Below, piece after piece: positions 25,697-38,594 of a stretch of DNA of 64,000 nucleotides. The notes under the pieces were generated by a model that worked only from the letters and a program-made list of their open reading frames with translations, had not been told where the DNA came from and searched no databases. Source of the stretch: Camelus dromedarius (taxonomy: Eukaryota); NCBI RefSeq assembly GCF_036321535.1, contig NC_087437.1, positions 45,200,001-45,264,000 on the forward strand, in the 5' to 3' direction. How positions within the stretch are numbered: the stretch's first letter is position 1; every line of letters begins with the position of its first letter. A program made the position numbers and the translations under genes.

Positions 25697-27039
25697 AAAA
25701 ACAGCAATGTTAGTTATTGTTACTAACAAACTTTGAATGCCCAGAGCTATGGTATATTATTAGCATCCATGAGAATTAGAAAACAATCTCAGATCCTTCC
25801 CTTGAGGGGGTTATAAGCTAGTGTGAGACAGAAGACGTGGATACAACTGACCATACCACAGTTTGAACTGCAATAACTTGTACTATAGAAAGATACAAAC
25901 TAATTGTCACTGGAGTTCACAGAGAAGGAGACTGATTCCAGTTGGGGATAGCACAGTAAGGCAAAGCTCCAAGAATTAATATCGGAAGATATGCCAACTC
26001 TCTCCATTCTTCTCTTTGGCTTGATCAGAATTTATGTCAAACTGTACAACTATTTGGGGGAGTTCCTTTAAGCAATATAGTAGTTACTGAATAACCAGAC
26101 CGAATCAAAGTCAGTTTTAGATACTAACTCAACTTCCATTCTGCCTCAGTCTGTCATTTGAAGGCTTTCTTTCTTTCTGTTTTTTTTTTTTTTTCCAGAG
26201 GAATGAAATGCTTTAACCTCAAAAATCTGCCTCTGTTCAATCCTGTAATCTTAATGGTGTGCTTCTTCATGGATCATGATAGATTTCTCTTTCCTGTGCT
26301 TTCCCTACATGAAATACAACATGAAAATAAATTATGCCAGTCAAAACAACCACATTTGATGTGTGATTGTTGGGTAGGAATTTTTGCAAGCATAGCTGGG
26401 GGAAGAAAAACAAAACAGGCTAATTAATGTGCTATAGTAAAGATGAAACTCTACTACAGTCATTGCCAGAGCTGTCTCATCACACACCTCCAGACAATAG
26501 AGAATACAAGATACTCTTGAAGCTGAGAGAGGTAGAGACCCCAGCTGTACCCATTCCAGTTGAGACAAGTATACGTGATAAAATAATGAGATATCGTGAT
26601 GGCTGTTTTGATGGTGCTTGATTACCATATCTTCAGTTAATACAATACTATAAAGAATAATTTAGCCACATTTGATGATAGGTTTGAATTTCATATTGAC
26701 ATTTTGTGGAAGGAAATAGTGTATCTCATTTAATTTCATGACTGCTTGAGTAGCAATATGAGTGAAAGACTAGCTAATTCACACACTTCAGTACAAGTTG
26801 AAGCCACCAATCCTCAAAAATGTCTTGATAATTGGAAAATATCTACTCTGAAGAATTCTTGAGGGTGTATTTTTAAATCTAAGATTGTATGTCAACTATT
26901 GATACATATATTCTACATAAAGTTTGTAGGCACCTATTTCCATTAGCTGATTTCTATTTATTCCTATTTTTGCTGATTGTGTTTTTTACACTCCCTCGGC
27001 CTTTTTCATCATCTATGAATGGATATACTATCTCTTTAT

Positions 27040-28030
27040 CTATTCATTTGTTCATTCAATAATTATTCATTGAGAGCCAGAATGTACCAGGCAATGTTCT
27101 AGACACTTGGCAACATGGCAATGAAGACATAAAAGATCTTTCCCCTCATAAACTATATGCTACAGTATATTCAAATAACATACAAGCAGAAAATGGATAA
27201 CCCAATGTCAATAAGTGTTATGAAGGAAATAAAGCAGTGTGCTGTTGCAGTGGTCTCAGGTAAGCCACACATTGGGTGGCAACATGGAGAAGGGACTCAC
27301 TAAACAGTTAATATGGATTTGAGACCTACAGTGTAAGAAGAAATCTTGTTCTATAAAGTGCTGGAGAGAACTCCTGGAGAGTGTTCAAGTTAAAGATATA
27401 GCAAGTGTCAAATTCTGAACGCAAAAATGAGTTTGGTTACTCAAGGAACTTTCCCCAAAACAGTGTGGGTGAAACATAGTAAGAAGGAAATTAGGCAGAA
27501 ACCATGTCATGAAGAGACTGGGAGAGCAGGTTAAGAAGTCTGGATGTTTCTTCTTGCAATGAGAAGCCACCAGAGTGAGATCATGTACTATACATGTTTA
27601 ACCTTCTGGCTTTTGTGTAGAGGCAACTGGGGACAAGTGTGCAGTAGAAGGAGCAAACTTGTTAGGAAGCTATTATGGTCATACAGATCAGAGATGATCC
27701 ATTCTAATAAAAGAAATAGAGAGAAGTGGATTAAGTGAGATAGAAACTTTGCCAGTAGGCAAATAAGACTTGCTATTATATATTACATATTATGTATTAT
27801 ATATTATATATTGGTAGAATTAAGTTATAGACTCAGAAATGAAGTTCTATGTCAGATGTATTGTTTTGATATCAACCAGATAATCAAGTGGCAATTTCAA
27901 GTAGGTAGTCAATTACATGGAGTCTAAAAATCAAAGAATCTGGAAATGTATTTAAAGCTATGAAACTGCAGGTAAGAGCAAACAGCTAGGGAAGCTATAG
28001 AGTTCTAGAAGAGAAGTGGAATAAACCCTG
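27040..28030 (-). mobile_element. L2 LINE
   Basis: ttcatttgttcattcaataattattcattgag...gtaccaggcaatgttctagacacttgg...gttaggaagctatt, collinear with antisense L2. Confidence 0.8.
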
Positions 28031-28162
28031 GGTCAGGGAATAGATTCAATGAGCAACAAATAAAATAAAATACAAAATAAAATAAGAAATAAGAATGGAG
28101 TCGGTCTATACTGGCAGTAAGTATCTGTTAAATATGAAGTTAAATACTCACGTTCACTAATA

Positions 28163-28363
28163 CACTTCCCTCTGTATCCACATGAGATTGGTTCCAGGAC
28201 CCTCTCGGATACCAAAATCCTGGATGTTCAAGTCCCTTAAATTAAATGATGCAATACAGTTGACACTTTATAACAATGGGTTCTGAATCTGGGGATTCAA
28301 CCAATTCAGTCAGAGGTTGGTTGAATCTGTAGATGCAGAGCCACAGAGAGGGAGGACCAAATG
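28163..28363. mobile_element. MER2/MER2B-like TcMar-Tigger MITE
   Basis: gattggttccaggaccc..ggataccaaaatcc..tcaagtccctta and ggttggttgaatctgtagatgcag are MER2 hallmarks. Confidence 0.85.
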
Positions 28364-28619
28364 AACTCAAATTCATCAGAATAATATCATAGTCCCACTG
28401 TATGCATCAGTAAAATGAGGCTTATAGAGATTTGCTACTTGCCAGTAACTGACAATTAAAATTCAAACCCTGTACTTCAAAGTTCATTCCTTTGGAATCC
28501 CATGCTCCATGCATTGAGGATCTTATAGATCACTTGAAAGGTCAACCTGCACAAGAAAGTTAAATAAGATTTCAAGATAGTACATGATTAACTGCATTAG
28601 GAATGAGAGAGTACATCAG

Positions 28620-28830
28620 GCAATGAGTCAGGGTTGACAGCTAGGCAGACACAGATTTGATAATAGGTTTGCTATTTAACAGCTTTAAGACATCAGGCAA
28701 ATCACACATTCCTTCTGAATCTCAGATGTTTTATTTTTATGTATAAAGTAATATGTACTTTGCAAACTTGTTTTGAGGAGATAAAAAGATAGATGTGAGC
28801 ACCTGGCAGAAAACAATAAATACTCCTTTG
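28620..28830 (+). mobile_element. MIR SINE
   Basis: caggcaaatcac...tctgaatctcag...ttgttttgaggagataaa...gcacctggcag. Confidence 0.6.
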
Positions 28831-30413
28831 CCTCTCTCATTCTGCAATCAAGAGTATTAGTGCTAATTAAATCCCCTAGTTTTCTGTGTGCAGTGGGTGA
28901 GGGCAATTAACTTCAACAGTGCTTAATATAATCTTATTTTTACTAAATGGGTTGTGGAGATTCAATAGCTACCTCTGCATAAAGTGAAAAGTTGGAGTTT
29001 CAGGTGAAGAACTGTGTTTCATTCTGTTTGAATAATAATGCTTTTTCTAAGACAAACCTGATGTCCTTTTCCTCTTTTGAAATGAGTTAGGAGAGATACA
29101 CTTTCAAAAGCTAAATTATCTAAAGGCTTTTAAGATTTATTCAAATTATCCTCATAGTCATTTTTAATATTTATTAACCTAAAATGTCCCTTAAGAAATA
29201 TTAATCAAAATAGATATTTGCTATTTAAATAATTAGATTGTTTATAATAATTTAAAACAAATATAAAATTATTTAAATAATCAATTTAATATTAAAATTA
29301 ATAATTCTCTATCACATATTAAAATATTATATATACTTTTTGACTGAATGTATCTACATATTATATTTTGCATGAAAATATGAAATTAACCAGACACTAG
29401 GTCCGTGTTTAATTAATAGTACATTCTTAAGTGAAACTATACAATGGAAGGGTATTAGGTTAATGGGTATTCTTAGTTTATTAATTCATTTGTCATTACT
29501 TAATTAGCTTTGTTTTTGTTTTGTTTTTGATAATAAGAATTTATCACCCAGTGCCAACTCATATTGAAGTGCAATTATAAAATTTTTTAACTGAATTTTA
29601 TTTGTAGTTGGATCATTTTAACATATTGAGACCTACATTGTTTTCACAGGTACATGTTAAATAGGCTGGGAAAAGAGTCATTAAAAAAGACCAGAAGTAC
29701 TACGCTATGTAATAGAGCTACAAACATGAACAAACCATGCCCAAGAAATGAATTCTCAACCTGGTGATATGCCATAGGTGAAAAATCTTCACACATTTTC
29801 TCTTTGAATATATAGTAGGCAGTTCTGTGAAGACATATCCAACTCGGTAAAGATACCAAAGAAAGGCAATTCCTACTGGGGAAGTGAGTACCGTTTCCAG
29901 GAGTTAAAAAACTGCCTGCCTACTCAGAGGAGGAGCAGGGAAGGGGAGGGTGTTGTTACAGGACTAGGCATGGTGGTAATTAGGTGGAGGTAGCATACAG
30001 AGCTACTCAAAGGGCTGGGGAGATGGGGAAGCAGCCCACAATCTGCCAAGGTCAATTATACCTGAATTATCTTGGTGTTTCCCTTCCTAGCTGAGTAACA
30101 ACTATAAAATCCAGTTCTGATGTTGCAGAAGAACAAAGAAACTATGTCGTATTTCAAATTTTATTTAGTCTTCTCCCATGTACTACAAAAGTTCATGTTT
30201 TATCACATTTCTGATATTGTTTTATTTTGTTTCTTTTTCTTCTGAGAAAGAAGCTCCTGTGCATTTGTGGGTACGTTAGGGGAGGAGGCAGTTACTGTGT
30301 ATCATAAATTAAAAAGGCAGTTGGGGGGGGGGGGACTTGTACCCTCTCCATACTGTCTCCACCCACTTTTGAGCAGGGCAATAGGAGAAAAAAAAATTGA
30401 ATCTCTTATCTAC

Positions 30414-30784
30414 TGTTGGTAGTAGCTGAAGGCAGGAGAAAGGGAGTGCAAAAAATTAATAAACAGAAAACTCATATTAAATAGAATTGGATGACCAGAA
30501 GGGGAACTTCCATGCCTTGGGGCATAGCAGACCCCAACAGGAAGAAGAAAGATTTCTTTTCCCCAGCAAGGACTCTGCCAATGAAAAATCACTAACTCTT
30601 TGTTTACTATTGTCCTCCCAACTTCCTTTTCCTCTCCAGTAAAGTCTCCTCCTTCCCTTGATGTACACGTATTTGCATGTAGCTTGTCATGGTTGCAGAT
30701 CCTAAATTGTAACTCTCTGCTGCTCCCAAATAAACCCATTTTTGCTGGAGAAATATCTGGCAGTCTATTTGCTTTTGGTCGGCA
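30414..30784 (+). mobile_element. ERV solo LTR (class I-like, family not assigned)
   Basis: TG...CA ends (tgttgg ... ggtcggca), a ccaat box, and AATAAA in cccaaataaaccc followed by ttttgctggagaaatatctggcagtctattt; no clear TSD. Confidence 0.65.
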
Positions 30785-31004
30785 GAAGCATAGTCTGAGT
30801 AGATGAACAGTAGGGAGAAAGAAGGACCCCATATTTGGCCTTTCTTTTTATACTGGGGTTCTGTGTCTTTCATGAGATTTCAGTGCAAATTGATAACCAC
30901 AGCCACAACAGCTCTGAAGCATTAGCAACCCCAGTGATCTGAACTGCTTTATTTTTCAAGAAACATGATGTATAATTTTTTACAGTTAGTAATATTATTT
31001 AGAA

Positions 31005-31160
31005 TTATATATGTACATAGGTAAGCATATGTATATAAATATGTATGTATTATATAACAATATTCTAATATAATCTAAATAATGTTATTATATAACATAT
31101 ATCATGTATAGACACATTATGTATACATATACAAATTATGTATATATGTGATATATATAA
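31005..31160. repeat. (TA)-rich low-complexity tract
   Basis: Degenerate tatatg/tata repeats read directly. Confidence 0.8.
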
Positions 31161-32360
31161 CTAAGAAAAATAAAGCAAGTCAATGAAAAATTAGTCCTTT
31201 CATATTTTTGAATTATTATTATTATCAAAGCCTGTTAATAAACATGAATTAGTTAGTAGAATTTAGGCCTGGAAAGCATTTGAAAACGTCCTAAATTCCT
31301 TCAGCCTTTAGAGTTTATTATTAGGCTTATGTTTTCTCGAATGAACTATCAGGTCTTCAAAAGATAATAAGTTAATACTCTCATGGCTCATTTGATTGAG
31401 ATGTTAATAGAGAAAAAAATAATAGAAAGTAAAAAAAATTATTTTCTCTATATTTCTAGAAGGAGGAGAAGAATCAGAAGTTTTTTGTCGCCTGAACCTA
31501 AAAAACATTCTAGCAGATCTATAAAACAATATATTGTTCTTATATTTGGTTTCTTGACCACTTATCCAGATCTTATCTTCAAAAACAACCTGTTTTCTTT
31601 GTGTTAACTCCAAGAAAACAGCTTTTGATAATAAAACTCACTTGGCAAATTACTTACAACAGGTGTGTGCATTCCTTATCTTTTCATTTTAATTATATAG
31701 CCATTTCTGGGAGTTCTTTTGGGAGAAATTAACAATATTGCTTTCTACCTGCAAAGGCATATTCCTGTGTCACTCATTCGCTTATTTCTGAGTTAGCACA
31801 AATTAACAGTGTATTTTGCAAGATAAAACTCAATCATGGAAATTCCTGGTAGATTTGCTATCAAGTAAATATGAAGGAAATACACAATAAAACTGTTTAA
31901 GAATATTAGTGATGACATAAATATATATAAAATCTTGGAGAGAACAGGGTATTTTTATTGGGAATAAAAATGTTTTGAAATGTTTTCATCTTAATTGAAT
32001 TAGTCACCAAATGATTTAGATAATATGTAGAAGCCCAAATTTAACTCCCTTGAATAAGTACTTATGAAATCTGTTTGTTTATGCAACTTGTTTGGTCTCT
32101 GAGATAATGTATTTTAGAATATATTATGCTATTATCCATTATTGTCTTTTTATACAACTCTCTTATTTCTGGCTAAGAAGTTGTCTGAATATTAAAAGGA
32201 GATTTGCATTCTTTTCCTTAGACTCCTTTCCAAATGTTAAGAATTCTCCAACGTTTCAATGATTTTTTTCCTTGCTGATGGATATTCTGTTTTAGAACAT
32301 CAGACTATTCTCAACAAATATACAGAAAGAAGAGAGAAATCTTGCTTCCTGAACTCTTAC

Positions 32361-32419
32361 TCCAGAGCCCCATAGCAGGGCGCAATAGCATATTCAGTAC
32401 ATCCAATCAAGAGAACCAT
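32361..32419 (-). other. Candidate exon (59 nt)
   Basis: Minus strand actccctttgtcttcAG|atggttctc...gctctgga|GTAAGA; lies in unique sequence; frame 1 open (MVLLIGCTEYAIAPCYGAL), no recognised homologue. Confidence 0.3.
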
Positions 32420-32797
32420 CTGAAGACAAAGGGAGTTATATACCTGAATTATCAGGATGTCCTCAGCAGAGGAAAATCTCATGTGTTTAGATAAATTCAG
32501 AATTAGATGAAACCCATATTTGAAGTATAACAACTTAAAACAAAAATCAGAGAAGTATTCAGAAACTTCAGCTCTACACTGTAGAACTTAAAAAATTTAT
32601 TATTTAATTTTTTCTGCTACAATGTGTTTATTATGAGCCACCCTCTCCGAAACAAAATCCATACACCACAACTTAGTCCACAAATCTGTATGAGAGTGCA
32701 GTCTTGTCTGCATATACTACAGTGAGGTAGGGACTTCAAATACAGCTTCATAAAACTCACATAGAGTGGCTGGGATATACAACAGTGCCATGTCAGC

Positions 32798-32798
<1 letters not shown>

Positions 32799-32830
<32 letters not shown>
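32799..32830. repeat. (TG)16 microsatellite
   Basis: Perfect TG dinucleotide run. Confidence 0.98.
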
Positions 32831-32832
<2 letters not shown>

Positions 32833-33229
32833 GGTGGGGGACAGTAATGACAGTGAGTGGGTCTTTGGCACGCAGATTCCCAAAAAGAAGCAAGTAGCTA
32901 AAGAAGAAGGAGAAGGCAGAGGGAGGAGGAGAAAAGAAAAAGTCAAGTTTTCAAATTCTAGTAGCATTTCAGTCAACTGCAACCTTTGCTTCACACATTT
33001 CTCAAATGAAAGAAGTAAAGGAAGGGTACTTGTCCCCTCCAAGAGAAAGGGCTTCAGTGAGCTCTCATCTGTTGTCACCAAAAGGAAGCTTTTCAAGCTA
33101 AGTTACAACAACAAAAAAGTGAAATCCATGTAAACTGAATTTTATCTAAAATTTGAGGCTCAAGAGGAACCTTGGAAAGAACATAGGCTTTTTTTTTCCC
33201 TATGAAAACTAGACTGGAATAAGAGAACT

Positions 33230-33370
33230 TATACTATTTGTTTGGCAAATTGGAGCCATTATGTAATATTTTTGCCCTCAGTTTCCTCACGTGTAAAATG
33301 GGACTAATAACAGTATTACTTCATAGTATTTTAATACATCAAACATAGGAATATATGTAAAAGAATATAG
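33230..33370 (+). mobile_element. MIR SINE core
   Basis: gcctcagtttcctcacgtgtaaaatgggactaataacagta. Confidence 0.8.
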
Positions 33371-36300
33371 ACATACTTATTAGATCTTGACTCCTTATGT
33401 CTCTAGTTCATGATCTAATGCAAACTAGACTCTTCCCTGAAAATATTATAGACTATAACGTCTTCTAAAATCAATGCCAGCTCTCTTCTTTCACTCAGGG
33501 GCAGGGAGGATAACTCAGCTGCTTGGTCACAAAAAGAACTTCCTGGTCAATAATCCTGTGTCTTCTCCAAATCTCTTCATTTCAGTTCTAATTGTCCCAT
33601 CTATTAGTGTCTTCTTCAGGTAAATTTTTAAATAACAAGGTCTTCAAATTTGACTCAAATCTTTCATTACTATCAACTAGGTAACTATCATAATACTAAT
33701 AAATATAATTCTAACACTTAATTTGTACAGTGCTTTAGCATTTATAAAGCATTTTGACATATATTGTCCTACTAAATCCTCATAAAACTCCTGTTATAAA
33801 GGCAGATATCCATAGTCCTTTAAGGGCTGAAGAAATAAATGGACTTCAGAATACTCTCCAAATGGCAAAGCCAGAATTCAATTCAGGCCTTTCTAATCTC
33901 TGAATTCTTTCACTGTCATATTGCCTTTCTGCAACAAAAATTTCCATGTTGATGTCTGTTCATTGACTTGATCTCACAGATATTAAACGTATTAACTTCC
34001 CAGTGGGGACTCAAAATTGTTTATTTCTCTCCATGCTTCATAAGCAATACATTTTTCCCATTAGCATTTTAAAAAACTATATAAAGTAGCTTTTCTATTG
34101 GAGTGCACTCTGTTTTCAGGAACATTCTAGAAACTTGGGAGGCTATGGGGAGCTGAAAAAACCGCTTTGAGATACTAATATGTTTCCTTTAAGGGGACAG
34201 GGCTCCTTCTCGACTAAGAATCATAGCTTTTGACTTCATCTCATGCAAACTGATGTTGAATCGCTCCTGAGATCCTATTTCCTCTCCAAATTCCGCCGTG
34301 AAGTATCCAACTTTGCTTTTCCTGAGACCCTCAACCACTCTTCCCTTCCCTGCAACAAACATGCGACCGAGACACACTTTAATAAGAAGTTCCCCTCCTT
34401 GCCACACAGATTTTCCTATTTCCTCAGACTACTGGGCTAATTTTTCGGTACTTTGACCCGTTCTCATGTTATTCACTGATTTCCTTGGATTTTTCTGTGA
34501 GTCTCCAATCTTCAATTCTCTCACGCAGTTAACTTGCTTTTGTAACATTAATTTTTTCTAACCAAATAAAAAATACCTCTGCGTGTACTCATCCTTCTTG
34601 AACTCTGTTACCTGACTCCACTGACCACTTCCTCTTTTCAAAAATGTATTTAAGATTGCATTTCTTGTTTGGTTATTGTTTTTACAATTCTCCATATCCC
34701 TTCTTGTCTTTACTTTCTTCTTCTTCCTCTTCCTTCAAAATCTGTGTGCAGGCCAGCCCACTCTGTTTTACAGTAAGACTGGATGTGGAATGAAATGCCG
34801 ATCACCCTCAGATGACCCACTAGTGGCTAACTTTAAATACAGCCAAAATGGAGCACGTCTTATTCTAAATTGAACTCCATCACTTGTATTGCAAAAACTG
34901 CTTCTCTGTCCTACAATGGTTTTTTGTTTGTTTGTTTGTTTGTTTTTCCCAAAAGCAGCATTATTCTTCTGAAAATCAAAGTAAGAGACGGACTAGTTTT
35001 GATGCTTGTCTCTTCATCATGTCTTTCGGCTACCAAGTCCTACCATTACATCTAAGGCCTCCCTAAACCACAGTTCAAAAGAGTGGCCTAGCTTTGGACT
35101 TCCAAGCTGGGCTTCCACAGCCGCAGCGCCCTAGGCTACTGTGCAGCAGGGAGTTCTACGTGAGCAAAATTCTGAAAGAATGGAAAACTGAAACTTATAC
35201 ACCACGAAAAAGAAAAATTGTATTTCTTCAGATCCAAGCAGTTCTTTTGCATGTCACCTCCACTGCCCAGGCCCTTATCAGTCCATAGTGTTTTTAACTG
35301 AGAAATAAATAACTAATGCAGAATAAATATTATTATTGTTATATGAGGTAGTTTTACATGTATCTTTTTTATCTGAACATTATACTGTAAGAAAGTGGTA
35401 TTATTGCTATAACCTAGATTTTGTAGAAGAGAAAGGTAAAATTCAGAGTAAATGTTTCATGATAACCTCAACTAAAAACTCTCACATTCAAAACTTTGCC
35501 CTGTGTCTGCTTTGCTGCGCTGGCTCCCAGCTCATACTTCTGAATTTGTATGATCCACATTTCCCATGACAGTTAAGGAAAAAATTCTCTCCTCACAGTA
35601 AAAATATTTTAATCCTGGAACAGTGCTGACAATGTAATATTTATCTTGTAAAACTAAACTCAGCTTTGAAGGCCCTCCAAACACTTGTCCTGTTTCAGCC
35701 AGCCAACTTAATTTCTTGTTTCTCCCCACAGACCTCTGCTCCTTCCAGGCCAGTCTTTTCACCATTCTCCGTATTCAAGACAAAGTCTCCTAATTCTGTG
35801 CCTTCGTGTATCTAGCTCTCCTCCCTCAAAACCTCTGTGTTCTCTCCTTCTTACTTTAATCCTCATCTTTTAAATTCTGCTTCAATTTGCACCTTCTCTC
35901 TGAAATTATTTATACATGGCTGTGTTTATCTATAACTCTCGCTTTCTGCGTGTGCACGTGTATATAACAACATTCTAAAATGGAGAAGCCAGTCGCTCCC
36001 TCAGATTTTTATCAAAAGTACTGCCATGACATAGACATTGAATTCTACATGTAATGTATCACTTTAAGAAAAAAATAAAATTCCAAAAAGTGGGAACTAT
36101 CTCAGAAAATTCATATATTATTATACAATATTGCTCACTATGATTGTTTCCGTTTTAGAAAATTCTTAGTTTTTAGATCTTTTTTGTATTTAACAGCATA
36201 TCTCTAGCTATATTGTTAGCTCTTTGAAGGGACCATCACATGCATTATGATTCCCTGTAATGTCAAGATCACTGCTGAGCTAATAATACATTTGAGTCTA

Positions 36301-37774
36301 AAAACAAAGCAGAAAGGTTTTTCTAGGAAGCAAACCACAAATTTCAAAGGATAAATGCCACCACATCCTGTATCGACCTTCTGTTTTATTGCGAACCTGT
36401 TCTAAAAAAGAGGCCAGTTAAGCCAGGGGTGGTGAGAAAAGTGTAAAATATTTAAACTTAATAAAATCATATACTAATCTTTATATTTCCTTCTCCAATA
36501 TATTTGTAGCCAAGTTATCACATGCCCTTGTGTTTCTTTCATCAGAACCTTCTTACCCCTTTTTGATAGTCTTTATAAGTTAAAAGAAAACAAGATCAGT
36601 CTAAGCAGATTGTCATTGGGTAGCGAACCGGCCAAACTCTCACTATATCTGGGTACCTCTAGACTATGATTCTCCTAGGAGCAGACAGGTGAAGCAGGGC
36701 CGTCTGTCAACTTGCAAAAGATCCGCATCAGACAGACAGGCAGCACTTGCTCCAGTCACTGACTGAGCCACTTACAGGGGATTTATACACGTAAAAGGAA
36801 ACATAATTCGACTTAGCAGCTTGGGCTAGGTACTGAGAAAGAAGACTCTGACACACGTAAAGACATGTTGGCTATTCACGGTATTTCTCATCATAATACG
36901 GCAAAATAAGAAAATAAATTAAGAAAGAGATAAGAGAGATCTGATGACTTTCAACGAAGAGCAGAACCCTCACGGAAAACCAGCAAACACAAACAAACAA
37001 AATTTTACTCTCCTTTTAGATACCTAGGGGTGAAGTGTTTCAGAAGGATTCATTTCTAGGCTGTGCCAGCACTGAGTAGTTACACAGAAGTAAAAGACAA
37101 AAATAAAAAAGATCCTAGTGATGACTATAATTCTAAATCTCTGAACATTTTCTGTCTTATTTATAAACTCAGCCATAAAACACTAAATAAAAAATTTCTC
37201 ATAAAATATATTGATTTGAGATGGTAGGGAAAGGAAATGAAAAGATTTATTTGCAATACAGTATCTTTCCTATTAAAAGGAAAAAAATGAATTTTATTAT
37301 TTTCAGAGCCACTCAACAAAGTAGAAGTATTATTGGCATTGTTGGAAAGGATGAAATAAGAGACAGCTTTACTCACTGACTTATTCCTAGAGATTCAGGA
37401 AGCTATAAACAGAGCATAGAGACCTTTTATCCTTACTATAAAGCTTATAGCTAAAGAAATAATAAATAAAACTCCCTGATGATTTTATTTTATTTGACAT
37501 TTCAGAATGGAATTCTGTCAGCTTTAAAGCAAAATTCTCATTTACAGAATGTAAAAACTGGGAGCAACTTTAGAACACGTCAAATCTAAGCCTTTAATTT
37601 TACAAAGAGTTAGACCAAGAAATTTTGCCCTTAGGTAAATTAAACACTAAGACACAGAAATTTTAGTCTATGTATCCAAGGACACACAGATGACAGAAGA
37701 AGAATGATGGTAATCCAAATGTTATGAATATCCAATGCAGGATTCTTGCCACTCTACCATGCTGCCCTTTATTT

Positions 37775-38319
37775 TGTGACCACGAGTTAGAAAAACAGCG
37801 TCTGACATCTAGGAGTTGGCCTGGCACTCACAGCTAGATGTCTATTTTCTCCTATCGAACATATATACTTTTCCAGAACATCAGCATCAGACAAGGCTGC
37901 TCTGTGATGTCGATGAATCAAGACAAAGACACAATCATTCCATAGTCATGGCTGAATACAGACAATACAGTCATTATCTAAACCACAAGGAGAGATCAAA
38001 CATCCCAATCCTGGCTAACATGAGCTGCCTCTTTACCAATCACAATTCTAGCCTCAATTTATTCTTCCTGCCTTATAGTGATATTTATTAGAAACTCAGT
38101 CATAGAATTGTCCCCACTTCCTGACAAACCCAATCTAGAGCAAAGCCTTTCTCTCTTGAATCTTCAGCAGAGTCATCTGACACAAGTTCAAATCCTGTAA
38201 GTCCTTTCAAACAGCCTGAGATATTTTCCCATTGTGGGTCCTCTCCCTTCTTTTCAGGAGCAATAAGGTAAATTTACGCAGCTGTTAGTGTATTCTCAAT
38301 GGTCTCTGGCTGGAGGGCA
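37775..38319 (+). mobile_element. ERVL solo LTR (MER54/MER88-like)
   Basis: ggcctggcactcacagctag...catcagacaaggctgctctgtga...atcaagacaaa...ggtctctggctggagggca. Confidence 0.7.
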
Positions 38320-38594
38320 AAAATAGTATAAAAGAAATAATTTATTAAAACACAAAAAGATGATCTATGTTGGAATGTATAAAGGTGGTCCAATTATTGG
38401 ATTAAAATTATACATTAAAAAAATTTAGTTATATGACATCATCAATGTTAATATTTCAATAAAGTTTTTTTTTTACATTCAATTAAACCTGGCAAAGATA
38501 CTTGCATACAAACTCCCCTTCATCTTTCCAAATTATTAAATATTTTTCTCTGACTTTCATATTGACTCTTTAATTACAGGGAAAAAAAATTCAT

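Noticed and set aside
26427..26621. Protein-like 64-aa ORF (MCYSKDETLLQSLPEL...)
   Set aside because: No convincing splice sites or homology; length expected by chance
30323..30334. G12 homopolymer as a G-quadruplex element
   Set aside because: Isolated mononucleotide run with no supporting context
32617..33133. Overlapping 159-aa and 111-aa ORFs
   Set aside because: Kept open by the (TG)n repeat and a purine-rich tract; no protein family resemblance
34318..34335. cctgagaccct resembling miR-125
   Set aside because: Only 11 nt match, the rest diverges, and no hairpin partner is evident
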